64,000 nt of DNA from Nageia nagi (GCA_050084985.1 JBITNC010000001.1:149544001-149608000), one strand, 5' to 3'. Shown: positions 39,185-53,073, counted from the stretch's first letter. Made by a program: numbers and translations. The notes: generated by a model from the sequence alone, not told the origin.

Positions 39185-42100
39185 TGATCCAAAATTTGGA
39201 TCACTTCGACATTCAGTAATCTCCATTTCGGTGTGTTCATTGTGATCGCCTTGTCTTCAGCTTTTCGACGCTTCTTTCGGATCGTGAATCCGAGTCCGTA
39301 TGTGGAAGATATGAAATTAATTCCGTTTGTGTATTTTGAGAAAAATTAAAAAGAATATATATATATATTTTGGCGGGACCCGCCTGCCACTGTCCGAACC
39401 ACGTAGGAGGAGGACCACGTGATAAGGCCTGCCACCAAAGCGATCGCGTGGAGGAGTTTGACTGCCCACGCCCCGTTTGACCGCTTGACGAGACCGTCCA
39501 CGCCAGCCTGCCAGCTAAGCCGCCCGCGAGTCCGTTTGCCTGCCAGCCAAGCCGCCCACGCTAGCCAAGCCATCAGTCAACAGGAGGTTGACTGCCTCTG
39601 AGCCTGCCACGTGTTGTCACCACAATGCACCCGCCCAATTTTAGTGTTTTTTTTGATGTATTTTTAGTGTTTTCAAAGGTTTTGGTGATTTTATCTTGCC
39701 TAAGGTCCTATTATTAGGCTGATTTAATCTTGTAAGCCTGAAAACAATCCAGTGAGCGTATCATTTTGATTTTAGAGCTCATTTTGGGGAGATTTTTACA
39801 ACCATTTGAGGCCAAATTTGACATGAAGATCAAGGAGGATAATGGGTATCTGAAAATAGGTTTTGTATTAAATTTTCTTAGTTGTAAGACTCTCCAATTT
39901 TAGCCCCAAAAATTGTATAAAAAGGGGAGCAAATTGGAGAGGAGGGGAGGAGAGGATTTCAGGAAAGTTGTTTTCAGTTATTGTTGTGATTTTCAGAGCT
40001 GTGAGTGTGTTGTGAATGTGAGAGGAGGTTTTGAAGGACCGTGGAGGCCTTGTAAAGTGATTCCACCCATTGATAGTAGAGAGCTTTTGAGCTGGATGTA
40101 GCCCACACCGGGTGAACCAGGATAATTTTGCTTGTCTCTTTCTATGGTGAATGCTTTTCTCTTCTCTGTGTTTACAAATTTGTTCCTGATTTTCCTTTAC
40201 AAGCACTTAATTGTTTTAAGTGTGAATTGATCCTAAGAAAAGGTTAAATTGAAATTTTAATCTTATAGTTTATGGATCAAGTTTGGTATCAGAGCAGTTG
40301 AAATCATTGGGATAACCTATATTTTTAAGATTGTTGTTGGTGTTTGGAAAGTGTTCTTGCATGTATACCAGGTCACAAAGCAAGAAAGGAGAAGGAGAAT
40401 TTGTGGAGGAGGATCCAGAAATTGGCTCTAGAGTTTGGCTAAAGAAGCAAAGAGAGCTTGGAGCCATTGCCAATGAAGGAGGGTCTAATGTGGAAAAGCA
40501 AATTGCTGATCTCTCCACAATGTTCCAGAAGATGTCTCTACAATTCCAACACTTTCAAGAACAACAATACAAGAAAAATGAAGGTGAAACTAGTGAAGGT
40601 AATAAAATTGACAATGATGATACACAGTGTTTTTCAAAGTTCTCTTTTGAAATTGGAAGTTAAATTTGATTTGCCTACTTTTATTGGAGAAGTGAATGCT
40701 GAGAAGTTAGACCATTGGATTAAACAAATTGAGGTATATTGTAGAATTCAAAGAATTGTAAGAGATGAGGATAAAATCCAATTAGAAACTCTTAAAATGA
40801 GTGGTAATGCACTTGTTTGGTGGGAATGTTGTTTGCAAAGTAAGAATGAATCAATTCAAGCTTGTATTGCTTCTTGGACCCATTTTGTACAATTGCTTAG
40901 AGATCAGTTTTATCCTTTGGGTTATCGACAAAAGGCAGTCATGGAATGGCAAACTTTCCGTCAAGGCAAAGGGCAAAGTGTGCAAGAGTACACTACGGAA
41001 TTCCGAAGAAGAGTTGCAATGCTAGGTATTCCTCTTGATTCCCAAGATACTCTTCTTAAGTATATTGGTGGTTTGCACAATTATTTAATGCATACAATAT
41101 TGATGTTTGATCCAAATGATTTGGATAAAGTTTGTGTACAAGCCTGTCACTTAGAAGAAAGGGGAAAATTTGTTAAGGATGGAAAAAAGAAAAATGCTTC
41201 CAATAACAATAGTAATAATGAATCTGAAAAGAACAAAGGAAAGGGGAAAAAGAAAACTACGTCTACTACACAAAAAGAGAAGTCTAAAGATGTATGTACA
41301 CATTGTCAAAAAGAAGATCATTTAGAGTCTAAATGTTGGAAATTGCATCCTGAATTACGCCCTAAACCTAAAAGTCAAAAGAAGCAAACAAATACTGTTT
41401 CTAAGGAAATTGAAGATGGTTCAGATGTAGATGAGAAAATGGCATGTATGGTTTTGCATAATACACCTAGTGAAGATGAGGAAAAGAAGAAAATTGAACT
41501 TTTTCACATCAAGGTGCAAGCTAAGAAGACTAGGATTGATACATTGTTTGATTCTGGATCTCAAGCTAACTTAATTTCAGAAAAGTATGTCAAATCACTT
41601 GCACTCACTACTCAACCTCATCCAAACCCATATCCATTGGGATGGGTTAATAAAAATTCCAAGTTAAAGGTAACACAATAATGCAAGTTGCAATTTGGGA
41701 TTAACAGGGAGTACATTGATGAAGTTTTACTTGATGTTGTTGCTTTGGATATTTGTGGGATTGTGCTTGGTAGTCCTTATCTATGGGAAAGAGATGCTTT
41801 ATTTTATAGAAAGGAAAACAAATATAGACTCATTAAAGATGGAGTTGAATACATGGTTAGTGCTCATCAAAACAAGAAAAAGGATATTTCTTTGATTACT
41901 GCAGGACAAGCAAAGAGACTAATCCATACAGGACAAATGTTTGTACTTGCAATGGTGAAATCTCAAGATGAAGTGGAAATCATAAAGGCACTTGAGGATT
42001 GTGAACCACAATACAAAGAAGAAGTAAAAGAGGTAATTTCCGAATTGGAAGATTTATTTCAAGTACCTAAAGAACTTCCACCAAAAGAGATATACAACAT

Positions 42101-45100
42101 GAGATTCAATTACATCCTGATGTTGCACTTCTTAATATTGGCTTATATAGAAATTCTGCTTTGGAAACTGAAGAAATTAAGAAACAAGTCAAAGAATTGT
42201 TAGATCAAGGAGTCATTAGACCTAGCACATCACCGTGTGGATTTCCTATTGTTATAATTCCAAAGAAAGATGGAACTTGGCATATATGTGTTGATTACAG
42301 GGCACTAAATAAGATCACGGTTAAAAATCGATATCCTTTGCCACGTATTGATGATTTAATGGATCAATTACAAAAAGCTAGGCTTTTCACAAAATTGGAT
42401 CTAAGAAGTGGTTATCATCAAGTACGAGTTAAAGAAGAGGATGTGTGGAAAATTGCTTTTAAAACTAGGCAAGGATTGTTTGAATGGTTGGTTTTACCGT
42501 TTGGATTATGCAATGCTTCTGCTACTTTCATGCGTGTAATGAATGAGGTTTTAAGGCCTTTCATTGATGATTTTGTTATTGTGTATCTTGATGATATTCT
42601 CATTTACAGTAATAATTGGAAAGATCATGTGGTACATATTCGTAGAGTGTTTGAAGTTTTAAGGGAAGCAAAACTCTATTTGAAGATGTCTAAGTGTGAG
42701 TTTGTCAGGAAGAGTTTAATCTATCTTGGCCACATTGTAGGTGAAGGTCAATTGAGGATAGATCCTGCAAAAATTGAGGCTGTGTTGAAATGGTCTACTC
42801 CCACTAATGTGACAGAGACTAGGAGTTTTCTTGGGGCAGTGTAGTATTTACGCAAGTTTATTGCTAACTTTTCTTACATGGCTTCTCCACTTCATGCAGT
42901 TATAGGAAAGAGTCATGGATTTCAGTGGGGAGGGAAAGAAAAACATGCTTTTGAATTGCTCAAAAGGAAAATCAGTAATGCTCCAGTACTTGCTTTGCCT
43001 AATCTTCAAAAAACTTTTGAAATTGAAACTGATGCAAGTGACTATGCTATGGGTGTAGTTTTATTACAGGAAAAACATCCGGTTTGCTATCACTCGGAAA
43101 TGTTTACCAGTGCGGTAAGAAACTATTCCACATATGACAAAGAGTTATATGCATTAGTTCAAAGTGTTAAGAAATGGAAGCACTATTTGGTAGGTAAAGA
43201 GACAATAATTCATACAGACCATCAACCCTTGCAATATCTTCAGTCACAATCTAAGTTGCAACAATCTAGGCATTTTCGTTGGATGGGATTCTTGCAACAA
43301 TTTCATTTGGTGATTAAGTACAAGAAGGGTACTCAAAATAAGATTGCTGATATGTTGTCTAGGCCTCCAATAGTTGCCAGTGTTGTGATTCTGCAAAATA
43401 GTTCTTTAATGCATGACGGGTATAAAGAACAGTATATGGTTGATCCTGATTTCCAAAATGTCTATCATAGATTGAGTCTTGGTAATGAGGTTGGAAATCA
43501 TGACTTTCATTTGCATGATGGATTACTTTTTCATTTGGGCAAACTTTGTATTCCTAATGGTGAGAGGAATGATTTGATTAGGGAAGCTCATACTTCTTGT
43601 ATTTCAGGGCACTTTGGTGTTGGGAAAACTCTTGCTAATCTACAAAGGTATTGTTACTGGCCTAAAATGCAAGAAAATGTATCCAGATATATCAGAGGTT
43701 GTATGTTATGCAGTGTAAGCAAACCCAATAACAGGAAATTTGGTCTTTATATGCCATTGTCCGTTCCTACACGACCATGGGAGAGTATTTCTATGGATTT
43801 TGTTGGAGGTTTACCTATGTCTAAGAGAGGTCATGATTATTTATATGTGGTTGTGGATAGATTCAGTAAGATGTGTATTCTAATCCCATGTAAAAAGATT
43901 GTGACAGGTCAAGAGGCAGCTAATCGTTTCTTCACTTATGTGTGGGTGCATTTTGGTCTTCCTACTTCTATCATTTCTGACAGGGATTCCAGGTTTTTTG
44001 AAAAATTTTGGACTTCTTTGTGGGAAAGGATGGACACTAAGCTAAAGAGGAGTACAACATTTCATCCACAGACAGATGGTCAAATAGAGGTGGTAAATAG
44101 GACAGTGGTACACTTATTACGGGGTTATTGTGGTAAGCACCCTAAGACTTGGGATGAGCATTTGAGCTATATACAGCATGCATATAATTGGGCTTTACAT
44201 TCTTCTACTAACAAAACACCTTTTGAGACTTGTTTTGGTTATTTGCCAAAATCACCTTTCGATATGGCTTTTGCTTCAACAAGTGATGGAGATATAGTTC
44301 TTCATAATGAGGAGGAGCGGGCAAAGAATTTAATTGAGAGGATCAGATTGATTCATCAGAAGGTAAAAGAACAGTTGGAGAAGAGTCAGGCCAAGTATAA
44401 GGAGAGGCATGATCGTCATCGGGTGGATCATAAATTTCAGGTTGGGGATCATGTATGGCTTCATCTCAGTAAGGAGAGATAGCATGGTAAGGGAAAGAAG
44501 TTGAAACCAATAAGGTATGGTCCATTTACCATTATTGGTCAAGTTGGAGACAATGCGTTTCGGTTGGACTTACCACCCTATATGCAAATGTATTCCGTTA
44601 TTAATGTTGAGAACTTGAAGTTGTACGAACCAGCCTTAGTTGCAGAAGATACAAATGTTATGTTACCGTCAGTTGAGGATTTAGCCCCTGAGCACATGAA
44701 TGTGTTGGTTGAGGATGTAGTATTGGAAAAGAAGCAACGATCATCTTGTAGTGGCATACATGAGGTGTGGCGTATTGGAGTGAAGGGCCAACATCCACAC
44801 AAGGCCAAGTGGTATGCAGTTGATCGGGTGAGGGAGCTCTACCCTCACCTCATTTCATCATCCTAATTGCTTTTGGGGACAAAAGCTCTCTCTCAGTGGG
44901 GAGGAATGATCCATAATTTGGATCCCTTCGACATTCAGTAATCTCCATTTCGGTGTGTTCATTGTGATCGCCTTGTCTTCAGCTTTCCGACGCTTCTTTT
45001 GGATCGTGAATCCGAGTCCGTATGTGGAAGATATGAAATTAATTCCGTTTGTGTATTTTAAGAAAAATTAAAAAGAAAAAATATATATATATATATTTTG

Positions 45101-46002
45101 GCGGGACTTGCCTGCCACCGTCCGGACCACGTAGGAGGAGGACCACGTGATAAGGCCTGCCACCAAAGCGACCGCGTGGAGGATTTTGACCGCCCACGCC
45201 CTGTTTGACCGCTTGATGAGACCGTCCACGCCAGCCTGCCAGCCAAGCCGCCCGCGAGTCCGTTTGCCTGCCAGCCAAGCCGCCCACGCTAGCCAAGCCG
45301 TCAGTCAACAGGAGGTTGATTGCCTCTGAGCCTGCCACGTGTTGTCACCACAATGCACCCGCCCAATTTTAGTGTTTTTTTGATGTATTTTTAGTGTTTT
45401 CAAAGGTTTTGGTGATTTTATCTCGCCTAAGGTCCTATTATTAGGCTGGTTTAATCCTGTAAGCCTGAAAACAATCCAGTGAGCGTATCATTTTGATTTT
45501 AGAGCTCATTTTGGGGAGATTTTTACAACCATTTGAGGCCAAATTTGACATGAAGATCAAGGAGGATAATGGGTATCTGAAAATAGGTTTTGTATTAAAT
45601 TTTCTTAGTTGTAAGACTCTCCAATTTTAGCCCCCAAAAATTGTATAAAAAGGGGAGCAAATTGGAGAGGAGGGGAGGAGAGGATTTCAGGAAAGTTGTT
45701 TTCAGTTCTTGTGATTTTCAGAGCTGTGAGTGTGTTGTGAATGTGAGGAGGTTTTGAAGGACCGTGGAGGCCTTGTAAAGTGATTCCACCCATTGATAGT
45801 AGAGAGCTTTTGAGCTGGATGTAGCTCACACCGGGTGAACCAGGATAATTTTGCTTGTCTCTTTCTATGGTGAATGCTTTTCTCTTCGCTGTGTTTACAA
45901 ATTTGTTCCTGATTTTCCTTTACAAGCACTTAATTGTTTTAAGTGTGAATTGATCCTAAGAAAAAGTTAAATTGAAATTTTAATCTTATAGTTTATGGAT
46001 CA
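39185..46002 (+). mobile_element. Full-length Ty3/gypsy chromovirus (CRM-like), young but with disabled gag-pol
   Basis: LTRs 39185-40279 and 44907-46002 (TGAT...ATCA; roughly 25 substitutions by hand count). TSD GAGCA/AAGCA. PBS-Met tggtatcagagc 40284-40295. PPT 44895-44906. Confidence 0.96.
40361..44866 (+). pseudogene. gag-protease-RT-RNase H-integrase polyprotein with two frameshifts and three stops
   Basis: CTHC..H..C knuckle, LFDSGS, YLDD, ETDASD, GHFG..C..C, FHPQTDGQ, chromodomain-like tail. Stops at 41679, 42842, 44480. Frameshifts near 40630 and 42090. Confidence 0.92.
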
Positions 46003-46789
46003 AAGCAAAAATGTCAAATATTGAAATATGCCATAGAGTTCCATGCATATCAGAGGATGCATTCATGGATACAGCATTTGGCTCTAAACACCTTAACTAT
46101 TCCAGATGAGCACTAGAACTTTACCTGTATAATACCTGATGATAAAAAAGATCTATTGAGAATGCTTTTCTTAGTGTCCTTATGATTTTATAAATAAAAG
46201 TCATTACAGCCAATCTATCTCCAAAGAAGTATATAGGATCACTAGCACATACCTATATATGATCTTTTGTTTGTAAATGTATGAAAACTGAAGCAGGAAA
46301 GATATTGATGAATTCTGCTAAACATTATTATGAACGCCATTGAACTGACATTTATGTCAACTGTTTATAAAACAATAATAACTTGTTATTCAAAGAAAAC
46401 ATATCTGTTAGCGTCCTTTCATTTCTGATGCATTTTCCTTTTTATCTCAGTGCGAAGGGGGTCACAAAGCTATTCCCAATTAATTTGCCTGTCTTTCATA
46501 AATACAACCCGTTGAAAGTTTTTCTTGTTATATTGAAGTTATTTCGCTCTGGTCTACCCTCGAGATATGTTTATATTTTGAAGTTTTTTCCTAGCATCAT
46601 ACCCATTGGAAATAATCTGTACATCAGTTCAAACTCTGGCTGCACAAAAAATATATTTGTGAATAACCCATTTCTTGATGATCACCACTAAAAACTTTTG
46701 AGGAATGAACTTTCTGTTATATGTTGCTATTGTGTTGGTCTTACATTCTTGCTTTATGTCTCACAATGTGTTTATCATCTTTGATGCAG

Positions 46790-46861
46790 AAAATTTCATG
46801 TCAGGTTATCAACTTGTTTTTGATCGTGAACAACTCAAATTGGGTTGGAAGGAATCCAACT
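46790..46861 (+). CDS. APF1: Aspartic protease exon (QNFMSGYQLVFDREQLKLGWKESNC) after 41.7-kb intron
   Basis: gcag|AA completes C+AA = Gln of the IIGQNFM motif. VFDRE..LGW motif. gtaagt donor at 46862. Confidence 0.93.
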
Positions 46862-47113
46862 GTAAGTGGTGCACATATATGGCTGTTGAAAATAACATGA
46901 ATTTGTAACTAGAGTTTTTGTGCATTAGTCATAAAACTTGTTTTTCCTGCTTTTTCGTTTTTTAGCAGACAATTGGAAACATTTTTACACAAAATGACTC
47001 GTGAAGACTCTTAAGAGGGATTAATATTGATATCTTCTTTGTGCATTATCCTTTTAGAGAAACGTACATTCTTTTAGTAATTGCTTAACAACATTCCGTG
47101 TTGTATGATTCAG

Positions 47114-47361
47114 GTTATGATGTGAAGTATAGCAGCAGTCCAGAACCGTCACCTGTGGCTCCAGGACAGTCACCTTTGGCTCCTTCACCTGTCGATCCAC
47201 GGATGTCTGAAATAAGTAATTCTACACATTCATCTAGGAGGCCACCTATATCCCCTGCAGCTCTACCGGCTGATCCTAGTGATGCAGTTCATTTAACATC
47301 ATCTTTCCTGCATATTGCCTTCTCATTCTTAGCCTTCGCCTCCAGTCTTACACTCATTTGA
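47114..47361 (+). CDS. APF1: Aspartic protease terminal exon: Pro/Ser-rich linker and hydrophobic C-terminus (putative GPI signal)
   Basis: cag|GT completes Cys. YDVKYSSSPEPSPVAPGQSP...FLHIAFSFLAFASSLTLI followed by TGA at 47359-47361. Confidence 0.88.
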
Positions 47362-47844
47362 TTTATATTTGTAAAATGAAAATACGCTTCATCATATATT
47401 TTTTCAATTTTATTTGTTGAAGGTCCCATTATTTACGACGGAGACCATGAATTGTCCATTTTTAGCTATGTACCATATCAAGTTACTCATGTACAACTGA
47501 AATTTTCTGTTATGGATGTTCATATTAATCCTACTGCTTTGACCACTAGTTAAACTTGTAATTACAGGAATACAAGTGGTGTTCTTATGTCTGTATTTAC
47601 ATAAGAGATTTGAAAGGGAAAACAGCCCCACTTTTTTATTAGGCTAGTAAAAATGGTTAAAAAGACTGCTAGAAACTAGTATAAATGGGTTCGTTTATCA
47701 ACTATAATGCTACGATTTTTTTCCATGGATATACTTTCCCACAGGCATAATTTGAGTTGAACTTTTATCGTGCAGCAAAAGGCATAAGGATGAGTCAGAA
47801 TTTGATTTTTAGATGCTGTAGGGAAAATGTCTTGTTGATTCCAT

Positions 47845-48851
47845 CAAGGTTCCACAAGACCCTGGGAGCGGGGGAACAGGGAATGATGAAGGTCATTTAT
47901 AGGGAATGCCCCAAAAACGATAGGGAAACTACTACTGTAATACTAGTAAATAATCTTGGAATTTTTAGATATTTGAAATTTCATTGTTTCTAATTCATTA
48001 TTATTATCAATTCAATCATGTATGCAAAACTTGGAACTTAAATTAGAAATCAAGTATGAATCATAATATTAAAATGAGCCATAATCAATAATCATAAGAC
48101 TATAGGCATAATTGTCACATAATGTCAGTCTAGTAAATAATGATAGATGTGAAATTTCAAATAAAAAAAGTTAGAAATCAAATCATAGTAGTAAAATTGT
48201 AAAATTAAATAGCATGAAGTAAATACATAAACTAGACTTTGACATGAATATGTCAAATCAAAATGCCAAAAGTGAGTATAAAATGAAGCATGTTTGTCTT
48301 TGCATGCATATATAGTCACTTTTATTTGGAGGTGAAGTAAATATCCAAATATTTGATGTTCGTGATAAAAAAACTTACCGTCCATACAATTGTTTTTTCA
48401 TATTTTTGCTATGAGTTTTAACAACTTTTTGAGTTTGAGGGGTGGAGACATTGGTGGGACCCACCTCCATGTAATTTTGCATTTTATTTTTCAATTTTAA
48501 AATGATTTTTTTTTTCAGCTTGATTTGTTGCCTATAGCTTGGGGAACGCCTGGATGTTCTTGGGAACAGCTAGGGAACAACCAATTGTTCTGTGGCCTCT
48601 CTTGGGAATGGTGAGAGAATGACCAACCATATATTGGTCGCTATTGGGAATGGTCAAAAACCGTTCCTAGAAGTATGGTCGTTTGAGAATGGTTCCCCAC
48701 CCTTTGGGAATGTTCTCAAGAATGTTTCCCTACTGTTCCCCAAAAATGGAATGATAGAGAAACATTCTTCAGGGTATTCCCATGTTCCCAAAATGGAGGA
48801 ACGTCAAGAACACCTCTCCCAAAAGGGGAAACACATTTATGTGGACCCTTG
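47845..48851. mobile_element. Non-autonomous hAT element (1.0 kb)
   Basis: TIR caaggttccaca / tgtggacccttg. 8-bp TSD GATTCCAT at 47837-47844 and 48852-48859. Subterminal GGGAAC/GTTCCC repeats. Confidence 0.92.
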
Positions 48852-49899
48852 GATTCCATTGATTTAAGGTTTTCAAGGATGTGATTTCATTAATTTGGTC
48901 TATGGAAATTAAAAAAAAAGCAAGATTTCAAAAGTTGAAGGTAGTAAGAGATTTCTCATTGGGTTATTAGCATAAAATGCATGAGATGGAAAATCAAATG
49001 GTTTTAATAGATTTTAACCCAACCAAATAAAATCCCACATGATTAATCTATTTAGTCATTTCTTGACAATCATTTGTTGTTCATATAAGCATATTTTATG
49101 TCTATTTTGAGAATATTCAACAAAGATTTTCCTTTTGACGTAGGTTGACTCTTTGCTTATGAATGTCTAATGAATCATAAAATTATTTCATTAATAATAG
49201 GAGAAATAGTACAAAATTGAGAAGGCAAAAGCTCAAGTATATCTTGACTACATGGCAATATTAAAGGCCTTCAATTACGTATTTGCTCATAAGGAAGCCT
49301 AAAAGGAGGACATAACATTATATTGCTCTACATGGATATTACCTCAACTCGTGTTTGCTTACAACTGAGGGGGCATCAATAGGTAATCAAAGTTGTAAGA
49401 AAATTATGATGTGATTTATAGGCATTATTAATTAAGACAATTTTGTAGAAATACGACGAATTAAGTTATTCACTTGTTAGCCATGTTTTTAGTGATTTAT
49501 GTAATAAAGAATTCTATTTTGACTTGTTAGATGGTTTTGTTGCTTTGTATTCCTCCAAAGATACAAGACATGCCTTGTACTCACCTTGGAGGCCTTTTGA
49601 GTACTTGTGCATTTACAACTAATTAAAAAAAAACTTGTAGTAATGCATTTTCAAGGTGTAGAATATGTTTCAAGATAGATTAAATGAGATCATTTTTTTA
49701 GAAATCTAGAGGTCTTTACTCTATTACCTCTTCTTCTATGATAATCAAGAGTTCTATTGGCTTTTTATCTTAAACTTTGTATATTTTTTTGAATATATCC
49801 ATTCTTTTCTTTTCTTAAAGGTTATGTTGCGACTATCACACTTGAGGGAAAATGTTTTCAACTTCAGTTCAAGGATATCATGGTAAAAATCAAAATCTT

Positions 49900-51130
49900 C
49901 CATACCCTTTGTCTCATTGACCCTACTTTATGAATGTGAAGTTTGGGGGCCTAGCTCGAAACTCTGGTTGGGTCCACATTGAAAGAGTTTTGATCAATAT
50001 GCTCTCAATTTCCATCTGTGCCAAAAGAACTACCCTCGATGCATACCTTAGGTTGGCCCTTACAATATTACATGTTGTCGGGCTTTTGAATAGGATCCAT
50101 CACATGAATTCAACATATCTTGACTAAAAGAGATACCCTTTCTTAGCGCTCAAATCCTCAATGCAACTTGCAAGTAAAGGAACTCATTGGTGTTGGTACT
50201 TAGAAGCCACCTCTCTCTTGCAATCCATAGGCTTAGATTTCGAGTGACTAGCTCCTTAGCTCCTAAACAAGACCTCTAATCTTTGTACTAGAGATATCAA
50301 CAAAAGAATCAAGAAGGGAACCTAATTAGCTTACCTGAAGACATAATGGATTAACCAAGAAAGACCACTTAAACCAAAGTGTTTGTATTATCTTTAGGTT
50401 TACATGAAGCTAGAGAATGGTGATATTCTCATTCTTGATTACATCAAGCTACACATATCTCAAAAGCTTCACTTACCCCTTGGCTAGAGAAGGATTTTCT
50501 CTCACCGGTTTGACATTGAGATGGATCACCATATCCCTAGAGATCAACACATATGCAAACTATGGAACATGGAACCAAAGATGGAAGAACATGTCATATT
50601 CATTTGTCCCATTTACTATGAAATTCGAGGTTGGTTTGATTGCTTATTCAAAGGTGCCCACACTCTAAAATCATGGATGGATTACAAAGACCAAAAATGC
50701 ATCACACTCTATATGAGAGAAGCCGCTTGCCTCAAATAGAAAGTGATCATCGAAAAAACCCACAACACATTGAGTCCCAATCTTATCACAGCTTATTTAT
50801 GACCATAAGCAGTCACAAATAAGAAGTGTCAAATGAACCTCGAAGATTCTAGAAGGATCACACGTTGACACATTATTGCTAAACCCTCTAGGGTAAATCC
50901 CTTTGGTTGTAACATTATGAGCTTTTTTTTGACTTCAAATGCTAATGGAGATCATTGGCTCTTTGTATATAGGCTTGTTGCCTCACTCATACCTATTGTA
51001 TTTTGACTCTTCATTTTTTCTATTTCACTCTTACATGCCGGAATTGAACTAGATGCTCCCTTTCTCTTACTATTTACATTTTCCTAGTCCCATTGACCCT
51101 TTTTTGGTCACCTGCGAACATTAATATCAA
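49900..51130 (+). mobile_element. 5'-truncated RTE element related to 31441-38785
   Basis: LLYECEVWG; HICKLW..EEHVIFICPIYYEIRG; 3' tail ctagtcccattgac...ggtcacc...acattaata. Confidence 0.82.
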
Positions 51131-53009
51131 ATTTTAAATTTCATTCATCAAATGTGTTCCTTTTATTTAAAAGCAACCTTATTATCAAGCTAAGACTACT
51201 TATGATTTGAGATTTGTAAGTAAATTCACTAACATTTATTTTGATACTTAATTATTGCATGTTGTTAAAACCTTTGTTATTTTTTTGTCATATAAGTGCA
51301 TCTAGAAAAGTCAAAGAAGTTCTCAATTGACAACAATATTGAACATGCCTTCAAAGTTGATAATGACCATTTAGAATTAATGCTTACTCATTATTTGTAT
51401 TCTTAGATCCATATTCACATGATTATTGCATAGTTCTTAATACATAGTATTAATATAATGAATCAAGGAATTAAACTTTGGAGAAATCATCAAATAATTT
51501 TACTAATGAGGTTTAAATTCTAAAGAATGATCTCAAGAGTATCAACATAATAATATATTTCCTTTATAACTATGTTCATAGTGATCCAAATATTTTTAAA
51601 AATAGTAGTTTGTAAAAAAGTAGGGCAAATGGACATAGTTTAACAATGTTGCAATGTAAAAAACATTAATAATTGGATATCAATCAATAAAACACCATGT
51701 ACATTTCTATCGTTATTACAAGATATTTTCGTATATGATAACTCTTATTATTATTTTATGAAGCTGTTTATTAAATTCTAAATTGATGAAACAAGAAAAT
51801 AATGCAAATATGAAAAATAATATATAATTTTTCATATGGAATTAGAGATTAAGGATCTATGCCATTAATTCTTTTAAAGGGTTGGGTAACTTGTCATACT
51901 TTTAGCAATAATTGGGCAAATATTGTGGGTGTGATTCATCCATTGAATTGGGGTTGAGTTTAGCTTGTCTTATGAATTTTCATCATAATCCATGAGTTTT
52001 GATAAAGATTTATTTTTGCCTAAACATTTTTTTTTTTGGGTGTTTCTTATTAATGGATATATGGGTTGAGGTTTTACATGTTGAACCTACTTTTGCTTAA
52101 GACAATTTGAATAGGAAATTGCTTTTATGTTTGATCAATATTTGGTGTTTTCTTATAATGTTATTTGGAATTAATGAAAGGACTTTATGGTATAAATGTC
52201 ATCTTGTTGGAATTCATTTTCATCTAATTATTACCATCTTTATACTCGTTAAAAGTCACTTTTCTAGCATGTAGTATAATTTCTTTTAGAGTTTACATTA
52301 CATAAACCTAATGAAAAAGGAGGTATTTTCTTTACAAGGGCCTTCACAAAGAAGACCCTTTAAACAACATGTCATTCATGATAAATCCAACAATTAATGA
52401 TATACATGCATGAAAGTATTTCATAAATGTTTAAAGAATCAAGCTAGTTGAACACAATTATGATTTCAAGGATCTACTTTTCCATTCATGATTTGAAAAG
52501 CTAGCATAATTTTATAAAATATTTTTTTTGAATTATTATTATTTTATTAGATTTTTGCTTTAACCGTTAAGATCATGGTTGACGTCCCCTCACAAATGAG
52601 AGAATCAGGTGATCCACATTTCCCCCCTTATATTATAAGCAATATCTTATATTCCATAACTTTACATTAGTAAGTATTTTTTGTTATTATTATTATTTTT
52701 TCAAGTAGGACCTAAGTTTTTGAGTTTAATACATTGATATTTTACATTTTACTTGTATCTAATTCAAAATAAGTAGATTTTTTCAGAAGTTTTCAAAAAC
52801 TTTGAAGGAACGAGGATTACATATTTGAATTAATTACATGAAAAAGCTTATATTCTCATTCTAGAGAACAGGTTGAGATATATCACTTATGATCATGTCT
52901 TAAAGTCTCCAATTTATAATGAAAAAGGAAAGATTCTACCTTATTGTAAATTGGGTTGCATCATGAACTCATGAACCTTACACATTTAAAAAATAATAGA
53001 AATTCTAAG

Positions 53010-53071
<62 letters not shown>
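53010..53071. repeat. (TA)n microsatellite, ~30 units
   Basis: Directly visible. Confidence 0.97.

Positions 53072-53073
<2 letters not shown>

Larger units (their letters stand above)
25380..46100 (-). mobile_element. Near full-length degenerate L1 LINE with C-terminal RNase H, split by tandem array, RTE and gypsy insertions
   Basis: RNase H WLKLNFDG..NPG (~25800) and FSHIKR..KMANLG (~25480). RT PCPDGFTVAFYQ, YRPINLC, KAYDKVRW (27650-28230). Endonuclease GDFN (~29120). ORF1 knuckle region QPLNYENL..RNCHK (31200). DUF4283 PWLMGQAGLFL..VWIHL (38790-38900). Outer ends approximate. Confidence 0.82.

Noticed and set aside
39346-39601. Short ORFs here and at 45039-45338 as genes
   Set aside because: They arise from the GC-rich block duplicated in both gypsy LTRs and have no recognisable domains.
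46190-46230. Possible 3' tail making the whole intron one L1 nest
   Set aside because: No matching TSD found near 5200, and a nearer tail exists at ~21240.
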